DNA of 55,994 bases from a virus (lineage: Duplodnaviria; Heunggongvirae; Uroviricota; Caudoviricetes), in the IMG/VR virus record IMGVR_UViG_3300025009_000058. One strand, written 5' to 3'. The notes below the pieces were generated by a model. The model did no database searches. It was not told the DNA's origin and saw only the letters and a program-made list of their open reading frames with translations. Each line of letters opens with the position of its first letter. The stretch's first letter is position 1. The translations under genes were made by a program, and so were the position numbers. Positions 39,427-48,413 of the stretch are shown here, piece by piece.

Positions 39427-39812
39427 GAAGGTTGTCCTTCTATTAGCCAGCTTAATAATAATTTTAATGAAAGGGGTTTAATTTTAATTAAGCCTAATTC
39501 TTTTAAAGGTATCTTTTCAATTTTAAGATCAACTTCTACTTTTGATAATTTCTTTATTTCTTCATTAAATTCATCAATTTTTGGATGATTAAAAGGTACA
39601 AACCATCCTTCTTCTGAGGTTGGTGTATCCTTTTTCATTTCTCCATACTTCTTATATAATTTCAGCTCTTGAGCTCTATAAACATTAATTACCTTTAAAA
39701 CATCATCCATAATATTAGCAATATTAAAAGATATGTCAATCGGTATTTCACTGTTTACAAGCTCTTTCATAGCTTTCTCTGAAGCTATGATTATTTCTGT
39801 TTGGACTTTCAT
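39423..39812 (-). CDS. DUF1617-like phage protein
   Basis: ISFNIA...LYKKYG...EFNEEI..L...EVDLKI..I......IKP..L pattern. Confidence 0.55.
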   Translation of the reverse strand: MKVQTEIIIASEKAMKELVNSEIPIDISFNIANIMDDVLKVINVYRAQELKLYKKYGEMKKDTPTSEEGWFVPFNHPKIDEFNEEIKKLSKVEVDLKIEKIPLKELGLIKIKPLSLKLLLSWLIEGQPS

Positions 39813-39824
39813 ATGTTCCTCTTT

Positions 39825-40250
39825 TTAAGTAAGAATGATATTTACTCTTTCTATAGAAAGAATTGTTAATTCAACAAGCTTTAATAACATGTCTTTAGTA
39901 TTAATAGAAAATACATCGATATTTCCAGTTGAACTTAAATTTAATAGAATGCTTTGTGCTTCTACATTCTGTGAAGATAAAATTGATAAGTTCATAAGTT
40001 CAATTGGAGTAAATCTTAAGATGAAAGAAGCTTTATCTATTAATTTAGTATTAATTAAATTAAATAAACCAGCTTCATATTTAAAATTGTTTATCATCTT
40101 ATAAGCATTAAGCATTTCTGTACTACCATCAGATTGAGAGAGGTTTACAGTCCCAATAAGAACCTGAGTAAGACTTGATTCTAATTCTATGTCAGAAGTA
40201 TTTATACCCCTGACAATTTTTTGGTTATCTAAATTAGCATATATATACAT
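39825..40250 (-). CDS. fibre-associated protein/chaperone
   Basis: Follows the fibre gene; IDKASFILRFT..E ... IDV....T...L..L....ILS.ER...IL pattern common after tail fibre genes. Confidence 0.5.
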   Translation of the reverse strand: MYIYANLDNQKIVRGINTSDIELESSLTQVLIGTVNLSQSDGSTEMLNAYKMINNFKYEAGLFNLINTKLIDKASFILRFTPIELMNLSILSSQNVEAQSILLNLSSTGNIDVFSINTKDMLLKLVELTILSIERVNIILT

Positions 40251-40262
40251 TATAACTCCTTT

Positions 40263-43200
40263 TTATACATTTGTCCAAGCACCATTAGTATATAATCTAA
40301 CTACCGAAGTACCAGTGTGATATCCCATATCACCTTCTCTATTATTAGTAGTAGGATCAGTTGCAAATCTTCCCCTCCATCTAGCAACATGCATACTATC
40401 AATTTTTATAAAAGCAGAATCAGCTGTATTCCCACAACCCATTTCTATTAAACCAATTGTAGTTCCAGCACTTACTAAAGTAGCATATAAAAATCCAGCT
40501 ACACTATTTACTATTGAACCAGGTGTAAAGTTCACAATAGTATAATTACTAGTATCAGTAAATTTCTCCATAAATAAAATAGGAGTTCCACTCACATGAT
40601 GTAGTGAAGCATAAGTACCATTAGAACCATCAAAAACATTTGTAGATTCGGTGGAAAACCTGCTCCCTATAATATCTCCTTTTATAGTTAATTTACCAGT
40701 AGTACCACTTCCACTTCCATTATTCCAATCTAAAAAATAGGTTGAGTCTCCAATAAACAATTTTGGACTTGAAGGATTAAAAACTGAAAATCCTGTAGTG
40801 ACATTTTTTGTAGTACCAACACTTAATTCAATACCAGTACCAGTTGTGATATTTGAAAAGCTTTGATAGTCAAAATTCCAACCAGCAATTGATTTAACAG
40901 AATCATCAATTCTAAAAAGCATTCTATTACTACCATCGACAGCACTTATTCCATAGTTACCTGTCCAGTTTGTACCATCATGGGTTTGACCTAGCATTAC
41001 ATACTTAGTATTAGCTCCAGCACCCAAAGGTCTTGCATAGATTGAGTCAGAAGCAGCATTAATTACAATTTTAGTAGTTGATATAGTTCCAGTATATAAC
41101 CATGTTTCTTCTATGGTGAATCCTGCTATTGTGCCTTTAATAGCATAAAATGAACCATCAACTCCTATACGTACAGTATCTGTACCATTTCCATCTTGAG
41201 CTACTATTTCAGTATCATCTATCCAAATACCAGTCAAAGTATCATCTTTATCTCCAGATCCTATCCTAAAATATCCACCTGCATTTATTGTTACACCAGA
41301 AGCTAATACTGTACCTAAAACACCCTGACCACCACAGAATCCTGTAGGTCCTTGAGCTCCTTGAATTCCTTGAGCTCCACAAGGACCACATGGACCCTGA
41401 GGTCCTTGTTGGCCTTGTATACCACAAATACCTTGAGCGCCTTGTTGTCCACATAAACCTTGAGGTCCTTGTTGGCCTTGTATACCACAAATACCTTGAG
41501 CGCCTTGTTGTCCACATAAACCTTGAGGTCCTTGTTGGCCTTGTATACCACAAATACCTTGAGCGCCTTGTTGTCCACATAAACCTTGAGGTCCTTGTTG
41601 GCCTTGTATACCACAAATACCTTGTGGGCCACAAACTCCTTGAATTCCTTGAGCACCTTGTGGGCCACATAAACCTTGAATTCCTTGAGCACCTTGTGGG
41701 CCACATAAGCCTTGAATTCCTTGTGTGCCTTGTATGCCACATAAACCTTGAGCACCTTGTGGACCACATAAGCCTTGAATTCCTTGTGTGCCTTGAGCTC
41801 CACATAAACCTTGAAGGCCACAATTACCTTGAATTCCTTGAGCACCTTGTGGGCCACAAACTCCTTGAATTCCTTGAGCACCTTGTGGGCCACATAAGCC
41901 TTGAATTCCTTGTGTACCCTGAACTCCGCATAAGCCAATAGGGCCACAATTACCTTGAATTCCTTGTGAGCCTTGAGGGCCACATAAGCCTTGAATTCCT
42001 TGTGAGCCTTGAGAGCCACATAAGCCTTGAATTCCTTGAGCTCCTTGTATACCACATAAGCCTTGTAAACCACAACTGCCTTGAATTCCTTGTGAGCCTT
42101 GAGGGCCACATAAGCCTTGAATTCCTTGAGCTCCTTGAGGGCCACATAGGCCTTGAATTCCTTGTGTGCCTTGTATGCCACATAAACCTTGAATTCCCTG
42201 TGCACCACAATTACCAACTAAACCACAGGCTCCTTGAGGGCCACAATCTCCAACAGCCCCTTTTGGACCACCAGGGCGTATATTGACTGAAATACCATTA
42301 TCAAGTACAGCATATGTATTAAGAGTCCAATCATAAAAGCGGAATTCATTTGCTTCGCCAGATTGAGACACAGTAAGTAAAGCCCAACCACTAGTTAATT
42401 CTAGTGAACCTTCTCCATTTGTGTTTGGAGATATAGTTTGAGAAACTCCATCTAATGTAACTGTAATTGTGCATGCATTTAATGACCACATCAAATAATG
42501 TTTATTTGAAATAGGATTAAATAACATAAAGATTGCACTATTTATAGATAATGTTGATATAATTGGCGTATGAGTAGTTATATAATCTGCCCCAGTATTA
42601 TCATGATTTACCCCAAACATAACCCATAAATTTGTATTTTGAGCAATAGAGTAAGACCAACTTCTTGGACCTTGAGCTCCACAATATCCTTGTGGGCCTT
42701 GCTCTCCATCAATTCCTTGTATACCTGCATTACCTTGAGGGCCACAAATACCTTGTGAACCTTGTGGACCACAAATACCTTGAGCGCCTTGAACGCCTTG
42801 AGGACCACATAAGCCAATAAGGCCACATAGTCCTTGAACGCCTTGAGAGCCTTGAACACCTTGAGGGCCACATAAACCTGTTTGACCACATAATCCTTGA
42901 ACACCTTGAGAGCCTTGAACGCCTTGAGGGCCACATAAACCTGTTTGACCACATAATCCTTGAACACCTTGAGCTCCTTGAACACCTTGTGGGCCACATA
43001 AACCTGTTTGACCACATAATCCTTGAACACCTTGAGAGCCTTGAACGCCTTGAGGGCCACATAAACCTGTTTGACCACATAATCCTTGAACACCTTGAGA
43101 GCCTTGAACGCCTTGAGGGCCACATAAACCTGTTTGACCACATAATCCTTGAATGCCTTGAGAGCCTTGAACGCCTTGAGGGCCACATAAACCTGTTTGA

Positions 43201-44192
43201 CCACATAATCCTTGAACACCTTGAGAGCCTTGAACGCCTTGAGGGCCACATAAACCTGTTTGACCACATAATCCTTGAATGCCTTGAGAGCCTTGAACGC
43301 CTTGAGGGCCACATAAGCCTTGAACACCACAAAAACCTACAACACCTTGAGCTCCCTGAACACCTTGAGGGCCACATAAGCCTTGAATACCGCAGAATCC
43401 TACAACACCTTGAGCTCCTTGAACACCTTGTGGGCCACATAAGCCTTGAACACCACAAAAACCTACAACACCTTGAGCTCCCTGAACACCTTGAGGGCCA
43501 CAAAGGCCAGGTACACCACAAGCTCCAACTTCTCCTTGAGCTCCCTGAACACCTTGAGGGCCACATAAGCCTTGAATACCGCAAAAACCAACTAATCCAC
43601 ATAAGCCAGCAGGACCACAAAGTCCAACAACACCATCAAGTTGTAAAGGTGTTGCCCAATTACCTTTTGGTTTTACTCCAACGACAACTGCAAATGACAT
43701 CCATAAAGGATCTTCATCAATATTAGGCTCTGGAGGAACAGCAAACCAATCAACTGGAACATAATCTTCAAAATCAGGAGTTATTGGTTGAGTAGCTGCT
43801 CGCATATAAATATATTTCATTTCCCCAATAAATTCTGAAGTACCTTCAAATGCCCATACATAAGTTGCAGCATTATAAATATAAGTAGCAGAATGACCAG
43901 GTAATAAGACAAAAGTAGAATCATGCCCAATAACAGAAAGCTTCATATTCAAATCATATGAACTTGAGCCATTTACTAATACAATTCTTTGAGCATCTAT
44001 CCCTCCACCAAAAGAATTAATATCAGTATCTGCAGTTGGATAAACAACTATATTAGTTCTTTTAGTAACATCAATTGAATTACCACCAATAGAAACTGTA
44101 GCCCAATCACCACTTGATACTGCAGAGTTACTCTCATCTATTAATCTCTGTTTTACTAAATATCCTTGACTATGTTCAATTATAATTGGCAT
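40263..44192 (-). CDS. collagen-like virion fibre with two Cys-rich Gly-X-Y blocks
   Basis: Gly-X-Y at about aa 187-509 and 642-959, with about 31 Y-position Cys each; central globular domain; tail-fibre-like C-terminus (GSFYAIKGTIAGFTI). Confidence 0.85.
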   Translation of the reverse strand: MPIIIEHSQGYLVKQRLIDESNSAVSSGDWATVSIGGNSIDVTKRTNIVVYPTADTDINSFGGGIDAQRIVLVNGSSSYDLNMKLSVIGHDSTFVLLPGHSATYIYNAATYVWAFEGTSEFIGEMKYIYMRAATQPITPDFEDYVPVDWFAVPPEPNIDEDPLWMSFAVVVGVKPKGNWATPLQLDGVVGLCGPAGLCGLVGFCGIQGLCGPQGVQGAQGEVGACGVPGLCGPQGVQGAQGVVGFCGVQGLCGPQGVQGAQGVVGFCGIQGLCGPQGVQGAQGVVGFCGVQGLCGPQGVQGSQGIQGLCGQTGLCGPQGVQGSQGVQGLCGQTGLCGPQGVQGSQGIQGLCGQTGLCGPQGVQGSQGVQGLCGQTGLCGPQGVQGSQGVQGLCGQTGLCGPQGVQGAQGVQGLCGQTGLCGPQGVQGSQGVQGLCGQTGLCGPQGVQGSQGVQGLCGLIGLCGPQGVQGAQGICGPQGSQGICGPQGNAGIQGIDGEQGPQGYCGAQGPRSWSYSIAQNTNLWVMFGVNHDNTGADYITTHTPIISTLSINSAIFMLFNPISNKHYLMWSLNACTITVTLDGVSQTISPNTNGEGSLELTSGWALLTVSQSGEANEFRFYDWTLNTYAVLDNGISVNIRPGGPKGAVGDCGPQGACGLVGNCGAQGIQGLCGIQGTQGIQGLCGPQGAQGIQGLCGPQGSQGIQGSCGLQGLCGIQGAQGIQGLCGSQGSQGIQGLCGPQGSQGIQGNCGPIGLCGVQGTQGIQGLCGPQGAQGIQGVCGPQGAQGIQGNCGLQGLCGAQGTQGIQGLCGPQGAQGLCGIQGTQGIQGLCGPQGAQGIQGLCGPQGAQGIQGVCGPQGICGIQGQQGPQGLCGQQGAQGICGIQGQQGPQGLCGQQGAQGICGIQGQQGPQGLCGQQGAQGICGIQGQQGPQGPCGPCGAQGIQGAQGPTGFCGGQGVLGTVLASGVTINAGGYFRIGSGDKDDTLTGIWIDDTEIVAQDGNGTDTVRIGVDGSFYAIKGTIAGFTIEETWLYTGTISTTKIVINAASDSIYARPLGAGANTKYVMLGQTHDGTNWTGNYGISAVDGSNRMLFRIDDSVKSIAGWNFDYQSFSNITTGTGIELSVGTTKNVTTGFSVFNPSSPKLFIGDSTYFLDWNNGSGSGTTGKLTIKGDIIGSRFSTESTNVFDGSNGTYASLHHVSGTPILFMEKFTDTSNYTIVNFTPGSIVNSVAGFLYATLVSAGTTIGLIEMGCGNTADSAFIKIDSMHVARWRGRFATDPTTNNREGDMGYHTGTSVVRLYTNGAWTNV
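41316..42269 (-). repeat. collagen-coding tandem repeat block 2
   Basis: Mixed 36- and 63-bp units (GPQGAQGIQGLC; GIQGQQGPQGLCGQQGAQGIC). Confidence 0.9.
42666..43634 (-). repeat. collagen-coding tandem repeat block 1
   Basis: 63-bp units encoding GPQGVQGSQGVQGLCGQTGLC. Confidence 0.9.
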
Positions 44193-45053
44193 TTAAAACT
44201 TCCAAATAGTAGGATCAGCTGCAATAAGAAAATTACTAAATTGAGGACCAAATCCATTTACATCATTTGATACTGTAATTCTTACTTTAACTGTTCCTGT
44301 TGAATAAGCTGAAATATCAATTACTTTATTTAGATTGTTTACAGCACTTTGAGTATCAAGTAATGTAAACCAAGTAGAACCATTGTTAAATGTTATTTCT
44401 AATTTACAATAACCTTTACCATCCTCATCATTTGTACTGTCAATATAATTAGCAAAACCTACCATTCTCTGAGGATAATCAGCTTTTATTTTATAAGCAC
44501 CAAAAGATGGACTTCCATTAAGAGTAAGAACATTAGATGTATTTGAAAGTATATTATATGTTACTAATCCACTATCTTCTAAGACTAGATTCTTAAATTG
44601 ATTTATCCACCAAGTTTTTGAACTGTCAGTCAAAGTATTTGATATTACATTTGTTGAAATTCCAGAATCTAAGACATTTACTTCTGTATATGTTTTTGAT
44701 AAGAATACAAAAACTTTAGAAGGAGTGATATCTCTTGTTTTCAGTTTGCCATTTTCAACTAATGCACGGTAAGAAGATGGGTCTGGAGTCTCTCTCAAAG
44801 ATTCATCAATAAATGTGTCATAAAATGCAAACTGAGCCCATTCTATACCCATTAAATTTAACTTAAGCGTTTCAAATTCTGATAAAAGATCATAATCTAT
44901 ATCTGGAATGTTTAATCCAATTTGATCTTGTTTTACTTTGTGAGGATTATGAATATTCTGTACATGATCTATAAATTGCTGCATAGTTACAGCGTCAGAT
45001 TGACTTTTCCCCTTTTGTACTCTTTCTAACCTATTACCTAAATTATCACTCAA
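44193..45053 (-). CDS. probable virion structural protein
   Basis: HVQNIHNPHKVKQDQIGL (H..N..NPH.V..Q.GL fibre motif) and TLTDSSKTW..NQF..L motif. Confidence 0.55.
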   Translation of the reverse strand: MSDNLGNRLERVQKGKSQSDAVTMQQFIDHVQNIHNPHKVKQDQIGLNIPDIDYDLLSEFETLKLNLMGIEWAQFAFYDTFIDESLRETPDPSSYRALVENGKLKTRDITPSKVFVFLSKTYTEVNVLDSGISTNVISNTLTDSSKTWWINQFKNLVLEDSGLVTYNILSNTSNVLTLNGSPSFGAYKIKADYPQRMVGFANYIDSTNDEDGKGYCKLEITFNNGSTWFTLLDTQSAVNNLNKVIDISAYSTGTVKVRITVSNDVNGFGPQFSNFLIAADPTIWKF

Positions 45054-45303
45054 TTTGATAACTCATATCAAGTCTGTGTGTTACATTATTTTCAGTTGGA
45101 TTATGAATACTAGTACCAGTGATTTTCATCTCTATAGTACCATAATATTTACCAGTATTAAATTTCTCAAGTAAAAAAGCTATTGGTTTATGAATCTCAA
45201 TTCCCGAAGGTGTATCTTCATTAATTGATATAGCTCTTTCAATCATAGGCCTTAATAACTCAATGATTTTTTCAGTTCTTTGTTTTTTTACTTCAGGAGT
45301 CAT
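45046..45303 (-). CDS. small hypothetical protein
   Basis: GAGGA RBS; overlaps the next start. Confidence 0.55.
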   Translation of the reverse strand: MTPEVKKQRTEKIIELLRPMIERAISINEDTPSGIEIHKPIAFLLEKFNTGKYYGTIEMKITGTSIHNPTENNVTHRLDMSYQIE

Positions 45304-45305
45304 TT

Positions 45306-45446
45306 TTAATCCTCAATAATACTAAACACTTCTTGTTCAGTATTGAATATAATTAGATTAATACCATGCTTCTTTTTTGAAGGACTAAATGGAAAGTCTT
45401 CGATAGGTTTTGGTATATTACATTTTTTACACATCTGAGATAACAT
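45306..45446 (-). pseudogene. 46-aa ORF with half zinc-finger (HNH/endonuclease N-terminal remnant?)
   Basis: Read by hand: MLSQMCKKCNIPKPIEDFPFSPSKKKHGINL...; TAATG-coupled to the HNH gene; second CxxC is absent. Confidence 0.4.
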
Positions 45447-45976
45447 TATGCTTTACCATTTCGCCTGTTTGGATGTCTTTGATTATGTTTACCTCTAGCA
45501 GAGATTTTCTTGCCAGGTTTTATTTTTTCAAGATTTTTCCTACTTGGATTTTTCTTGTCATGGTCTTTGTGATGAACAATTGTACCATCATTTGGTTTTG
45601 CTCCTGCAATCCTTCTATAATAAGTTTTACTAACACCACCTTTCCAGCGGCCGTTTGATTTACCAACACGAGCCATAGGAGATTTTTTTGCATTAGTAAT
45701 ATGAGCCTCTTTAGGATTTTTTAGTGGATCATAATAATAAGAGCTTGATACTCTTGATAATCCAGATTTTCCAGGTGAGCCTTGATGACCTGATAACCCT
45801 TTTGAGCCAGTGGATGATTGTACTCCAGTATGTCCTTTTTTAGGTTTACAAGCATTAGCAATTACTTTTTTCTTCTTACAACCAAATGATTCATCGTATG
45901 CATAAGCAGTTCTAATACCATTTGGTTGGCCACTTACTGCATTGGCTATCTGACTAGGAGCAATTCTTCTTACCAT
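45446..45976 (-). CDS. highly basic protein with C-terminal HNH endonuclease motif
   Basis: GKSNGRWKGG...IVHHKDHDKKNPSRKNLE...HNQRH. Confidence 0.65.
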   Translation of the reverse strand: MVRRIAPSQIANAVSGQPNGIRTAYAYDESFGCKKKKVIANACKPKKGHTGVQSSTGSKGLSGHQGSPGKSGLSRVSSSYYYDPLKNPKEAHITNAKKSPMARVGKSNGRWKGGVSKTYYRRIAGAKPNDGTIVHHKDHDKKNPSRKNLEKIKPGKKISARGKHNQRHPNRRNGKA

Positions 45977-46470
45977 GCTAAAACTCCATCTCTATATAAA
46001 GTTGATTCACTTATTCTTCTTTTTGTTAAACCCTTTAATATAATATAGACTCCATTAACTTTAGCTTTATTATATTGCATTAATTTCATTATTACACCAT
46101 TAGTATTACCTTGGTTTACAAAGGTTTGTAAACCTTTAGTAACACGATAACCTACATTAAATGTAAAACTGGTTAATGCGTCAAATTCATTCCATATTAA
46201 AAGTCTACTTACTCTATTTTTAATATGAGATTCAAATCTTTTTACATCTTTTTTTAATAATAAAGTGGCTTGTAGTTCTGTGACCCTCATCCCAGCTTTT
46301 ACATGTGTGCCTGTTGAGCCATATCCTATTGTCAATACTTTTGCTGGACATAAATAGGCTTCAGACTTAAAAGATTCATAATGCTTGATTAAGTCTAAGC
46401 CTACTGGAGTAATACTCTGTGCTGTTAAAACAGAACAAACAAGAAATATTTTAATAAGATGTTTTAACAT
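45970..46470 (-). CDS. endolysin, GH24 (T4/RrrD-type) lysozyme with N-terminal signal/SAR segment
   Basis: E32-x8-C41-x5-T47 triad (YESFKSEAYLCPAKVLTIGYG), FDALTSFTFNVG, GLTKRR..E..LY. Confidence 0.9.
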   Translation of the reverse strand: MLKHLIKIFLVCSVLTAQSITPVGLDLIKHYESFKSEAYLCPAKVLTIGYGSTGTHVKAGMRVTELQATLLLKKDVKRFESHIKNRVSRLLIWNEFDALTSFTFNVGYRVTKGLQTFVNQGNTNGVIMKLMQYNKAKVNGVYIILKGLTKRRISESTLYRDGVLAW

Positions 46471-46903
46471 AGTAAACTAAGCCTACAATAAAAATTGAAC
46501 CAATGAGTGCTGCAGCTAAAACAGTATGTAATTTAGTTTCAGTCTTAAAATTAATATCAGTAAATATGTATTGTGTCCACCAAGCTAATATACTTGCAAT
46601 AGTCAATAATATTAAAGATGTTAATGATACTTCTACTAAAATAGTCTTTTGAACGTCATATTGAAGATTAATAACTTTTTTCTGTAGACTGTTCACAATG
46701 TGCATATTATCATAAGATCTAGTCTTTGCATCATAGTGAGAACTAATCTGATTTTCGATCTTTGAGATCTCATCTGCATAAGCTTTCTGATCTGGAACTA
46801 AAAAAGTGTTGATATAAAATCTACCTATTGAGCTTATTATTAAAGCAATAATTAATAATTTAGTAGATTCTTTCGCTGTTGTAAAGATATCTTTTATCTT
46901 CAT
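46451..46903 (-). CDS. 3-TM membrane protein, holin candidate
   Basis: Three hydrophobic segments; overlaps the endolysin start. Confidence 0.5.
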   Translation of the reverse strand: MKIKDIFTTAKESTKLLIIALIISSIGRFYINTFLVPDQKAYADEISKIENQISSHYDAKTRSYDNMHIVNSLQKKVINLQYDVQKTILVEVSLTSLILLTIASILAWWTQYIFTDINFKTETKLHTVLAAALIGSIFIVGLVYYVKTSY

Positions 46904-46912
46904 TTAATCCTC

Positions 46913-47323
46913 TTAACGATTTATTAATTTTTCTAATTTTTTATTAGTTTCTTTTAATTCTTGAATACTATTATTATTTTTACTACTTTCATAAAGACCA
47001 AATATAAAAACCACTAATGAAATAAGTGTAGCTAATATAACAGACCACTCAACCATTCGTGATCTTCTTTTATCTGGCACTTTAGCTAATTCAATAATAA
47101 TAGCATCAGAAACCATTTTACTAATTATAGGTTTATTAATTGGACAAGAATCAGCGTGAGTTGACAATTTATCTTGTAGTTTATCAAGATCTCCTCTGAA
47201 TTTAATAATGTCTTTCTCAGCAGTAGTAACTTTTTCTTGAAACGATGAAATTATTTCATCTATAGACACAAGCTTATTTTCAAGTAATGAAATAAGCTTA
47301 TCAATAAGTTGATTTTGTTCCAC
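46913..47323 (-). CDS. coiled-coil + single-TM protein, holin/antiholin candidate
   Basis: Heptad N-terminus, H...CP motif, TM ILATLISLVVFIFGLY; GTG start overlaps the PAS stop (TAGTG). Confidence 0.5.
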   Translation of the reverse strand: MEQNQLIDKLISLLENKLVSIDEIISSFQEKVTTAEKDIIKFRGDLDKLQDKLSTHADSCPINKPIISKMVSDAIIIELAKVPDKRRSRMVEWSVILATLISLVVFIFGLYESSKNNNSIQELKETNKKLEKLINR

Positions 47324-47790
47324 TAGTGAACTCCAATATGATTAAGTGTATTTAGTTCAATACTAATGCCAAAAACCCCCACTACTTCATCATTCTGAAT
47401 AATTGGGAATTTATGCGTTCTTATTTGTATATTTGTATTAAAGAAATTCTCTATAATATTAAGTTTTGGTTTTTTAGAATTAATTACATCTAAATCATTC
47501 TCTCCATAATGTTTAACTAATTCTTTTTCATGTTCTGTTTCTGCAAAATCATCACTTCTTTTACCCTCAATCTTATCTTTGGTTGTGCCAGCTAAATCGC
47601 AGAAATATTTATTTACTTTTATCAATCTATTATTAGTATCCTTAAAAAATACCATAATAGGTATATTATCCATTAAAGTTTCTAAGAAAAAAACTGAATG
47701 CTTATTACTTGTCATTGTAGATACTAGCTCAGAAATAGCTGATGATATCTTTTTTGTATTCTCAATTTTTTCATCTAATATTTCACACAT
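47323..47790 (-). CDS. stand-alone PAS domain protein (PAS_4-like)
   Basis: LMDNIPIMVFFKDTNNRLIKVNKYFCDLAG.....IEGK...DF ... DLDVI ... THKFPI....VVGVFGIS.E. Confidence 0.85.
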   Translation of the reverse strand: MCEILDEKIENTKKISSAISELVSTMTSNKHSVFFLETLMDNIPIMVFFKDTNNRLIKVNKYFCDLAGTTKDKIEGKRSDDFAETEHEKELVKHYGENDLDVINSKKPKLNIIENFFNTNIQIRTHKFPIIQNDEVVGVFGISIELNTLNHIGVH

Positions 47791-47807
47791 TTTTAAATCC
47801 TCTAATG

Positions 47808-48413
47808 TTAAGCATTTTTGCTCTCGTAAGCTAGTTTAAAATTCTCTGGAAATTTATTAATGATAATTTTTGCATCTTTTGGACTGAAACAATTACTATT
47901 CCATTCAGATAATTTATACCCCATTGGTATTAATTTAGTATTAATGTGTACTGATACCTCTGTAACTTTCTTTAATAAATCATAAGTTTCTTCTGAACAA
48001 TTATCACTTTTTGGAAACCAATTTCCTTGTCTTCTAACATCAAAACCTAATTTTTCGGCAATCAAATATCTATATATGAACCATAAGTTTTGCCAAAAAG
48101 CATAGCCTCTGTTAACACGAGCATTGTATAAATCAATTACAATGTTTTCTAATTCCTGTTCAGCAATATTTTGAATTTCATATATTTCAATATCATAATC
48201 TTTATTTTCAAAATATCTTTGAAGAGGGTGTGTTAGTATAAACCATTCTGCAGTCAATATACTTTCACTTTTTGGTATAAGATTACCCATAGTAATAGCA
48301 CAATGTGAATAATTAGAACTAGTAACCCATTTAATTATTTTGCTAAATAAACTTTTTTTATTATTTACGAGTACAATACTACCACATTTAAACATACTAT
48401 ACCTTTTTATCAT
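47808..48413 (-). CDS. permuted papain-like NlpC/P60 (YiiX/YebB-like) hydrolase
   Basis: GSIVLV...SKIIKWVT.S.YSHCAI ... RGY ... NCSE ... SPKD (His before Cys). Confidence 0.8.
   Translation of the reverse strand: MIKRYSMFKCGSIVLVNNKKSLFSKIIKWVTSSNYSHCAITMGNLIPKSESILTAEWFILTHPLQRYFENKDYDIEIYEIQNIAEQELENIVIDLYNARVNRGYAFWQNLWFIYRYLIAEKLGFDVRRQGNWFPKSDNCSEETYDLLKKVTEVSVHINTKLIPMGYKLSEWNSNCFSPKDAKIIINKFPENFKLAYESKNA

Noticed and set aside
41266-43726. Many alternative-frame and antisense ORFs (MWPSR..., FKAYVALK..., LEGHINL...)
   Set aside because: Shadows of the collagen repeats within 40263-44192.
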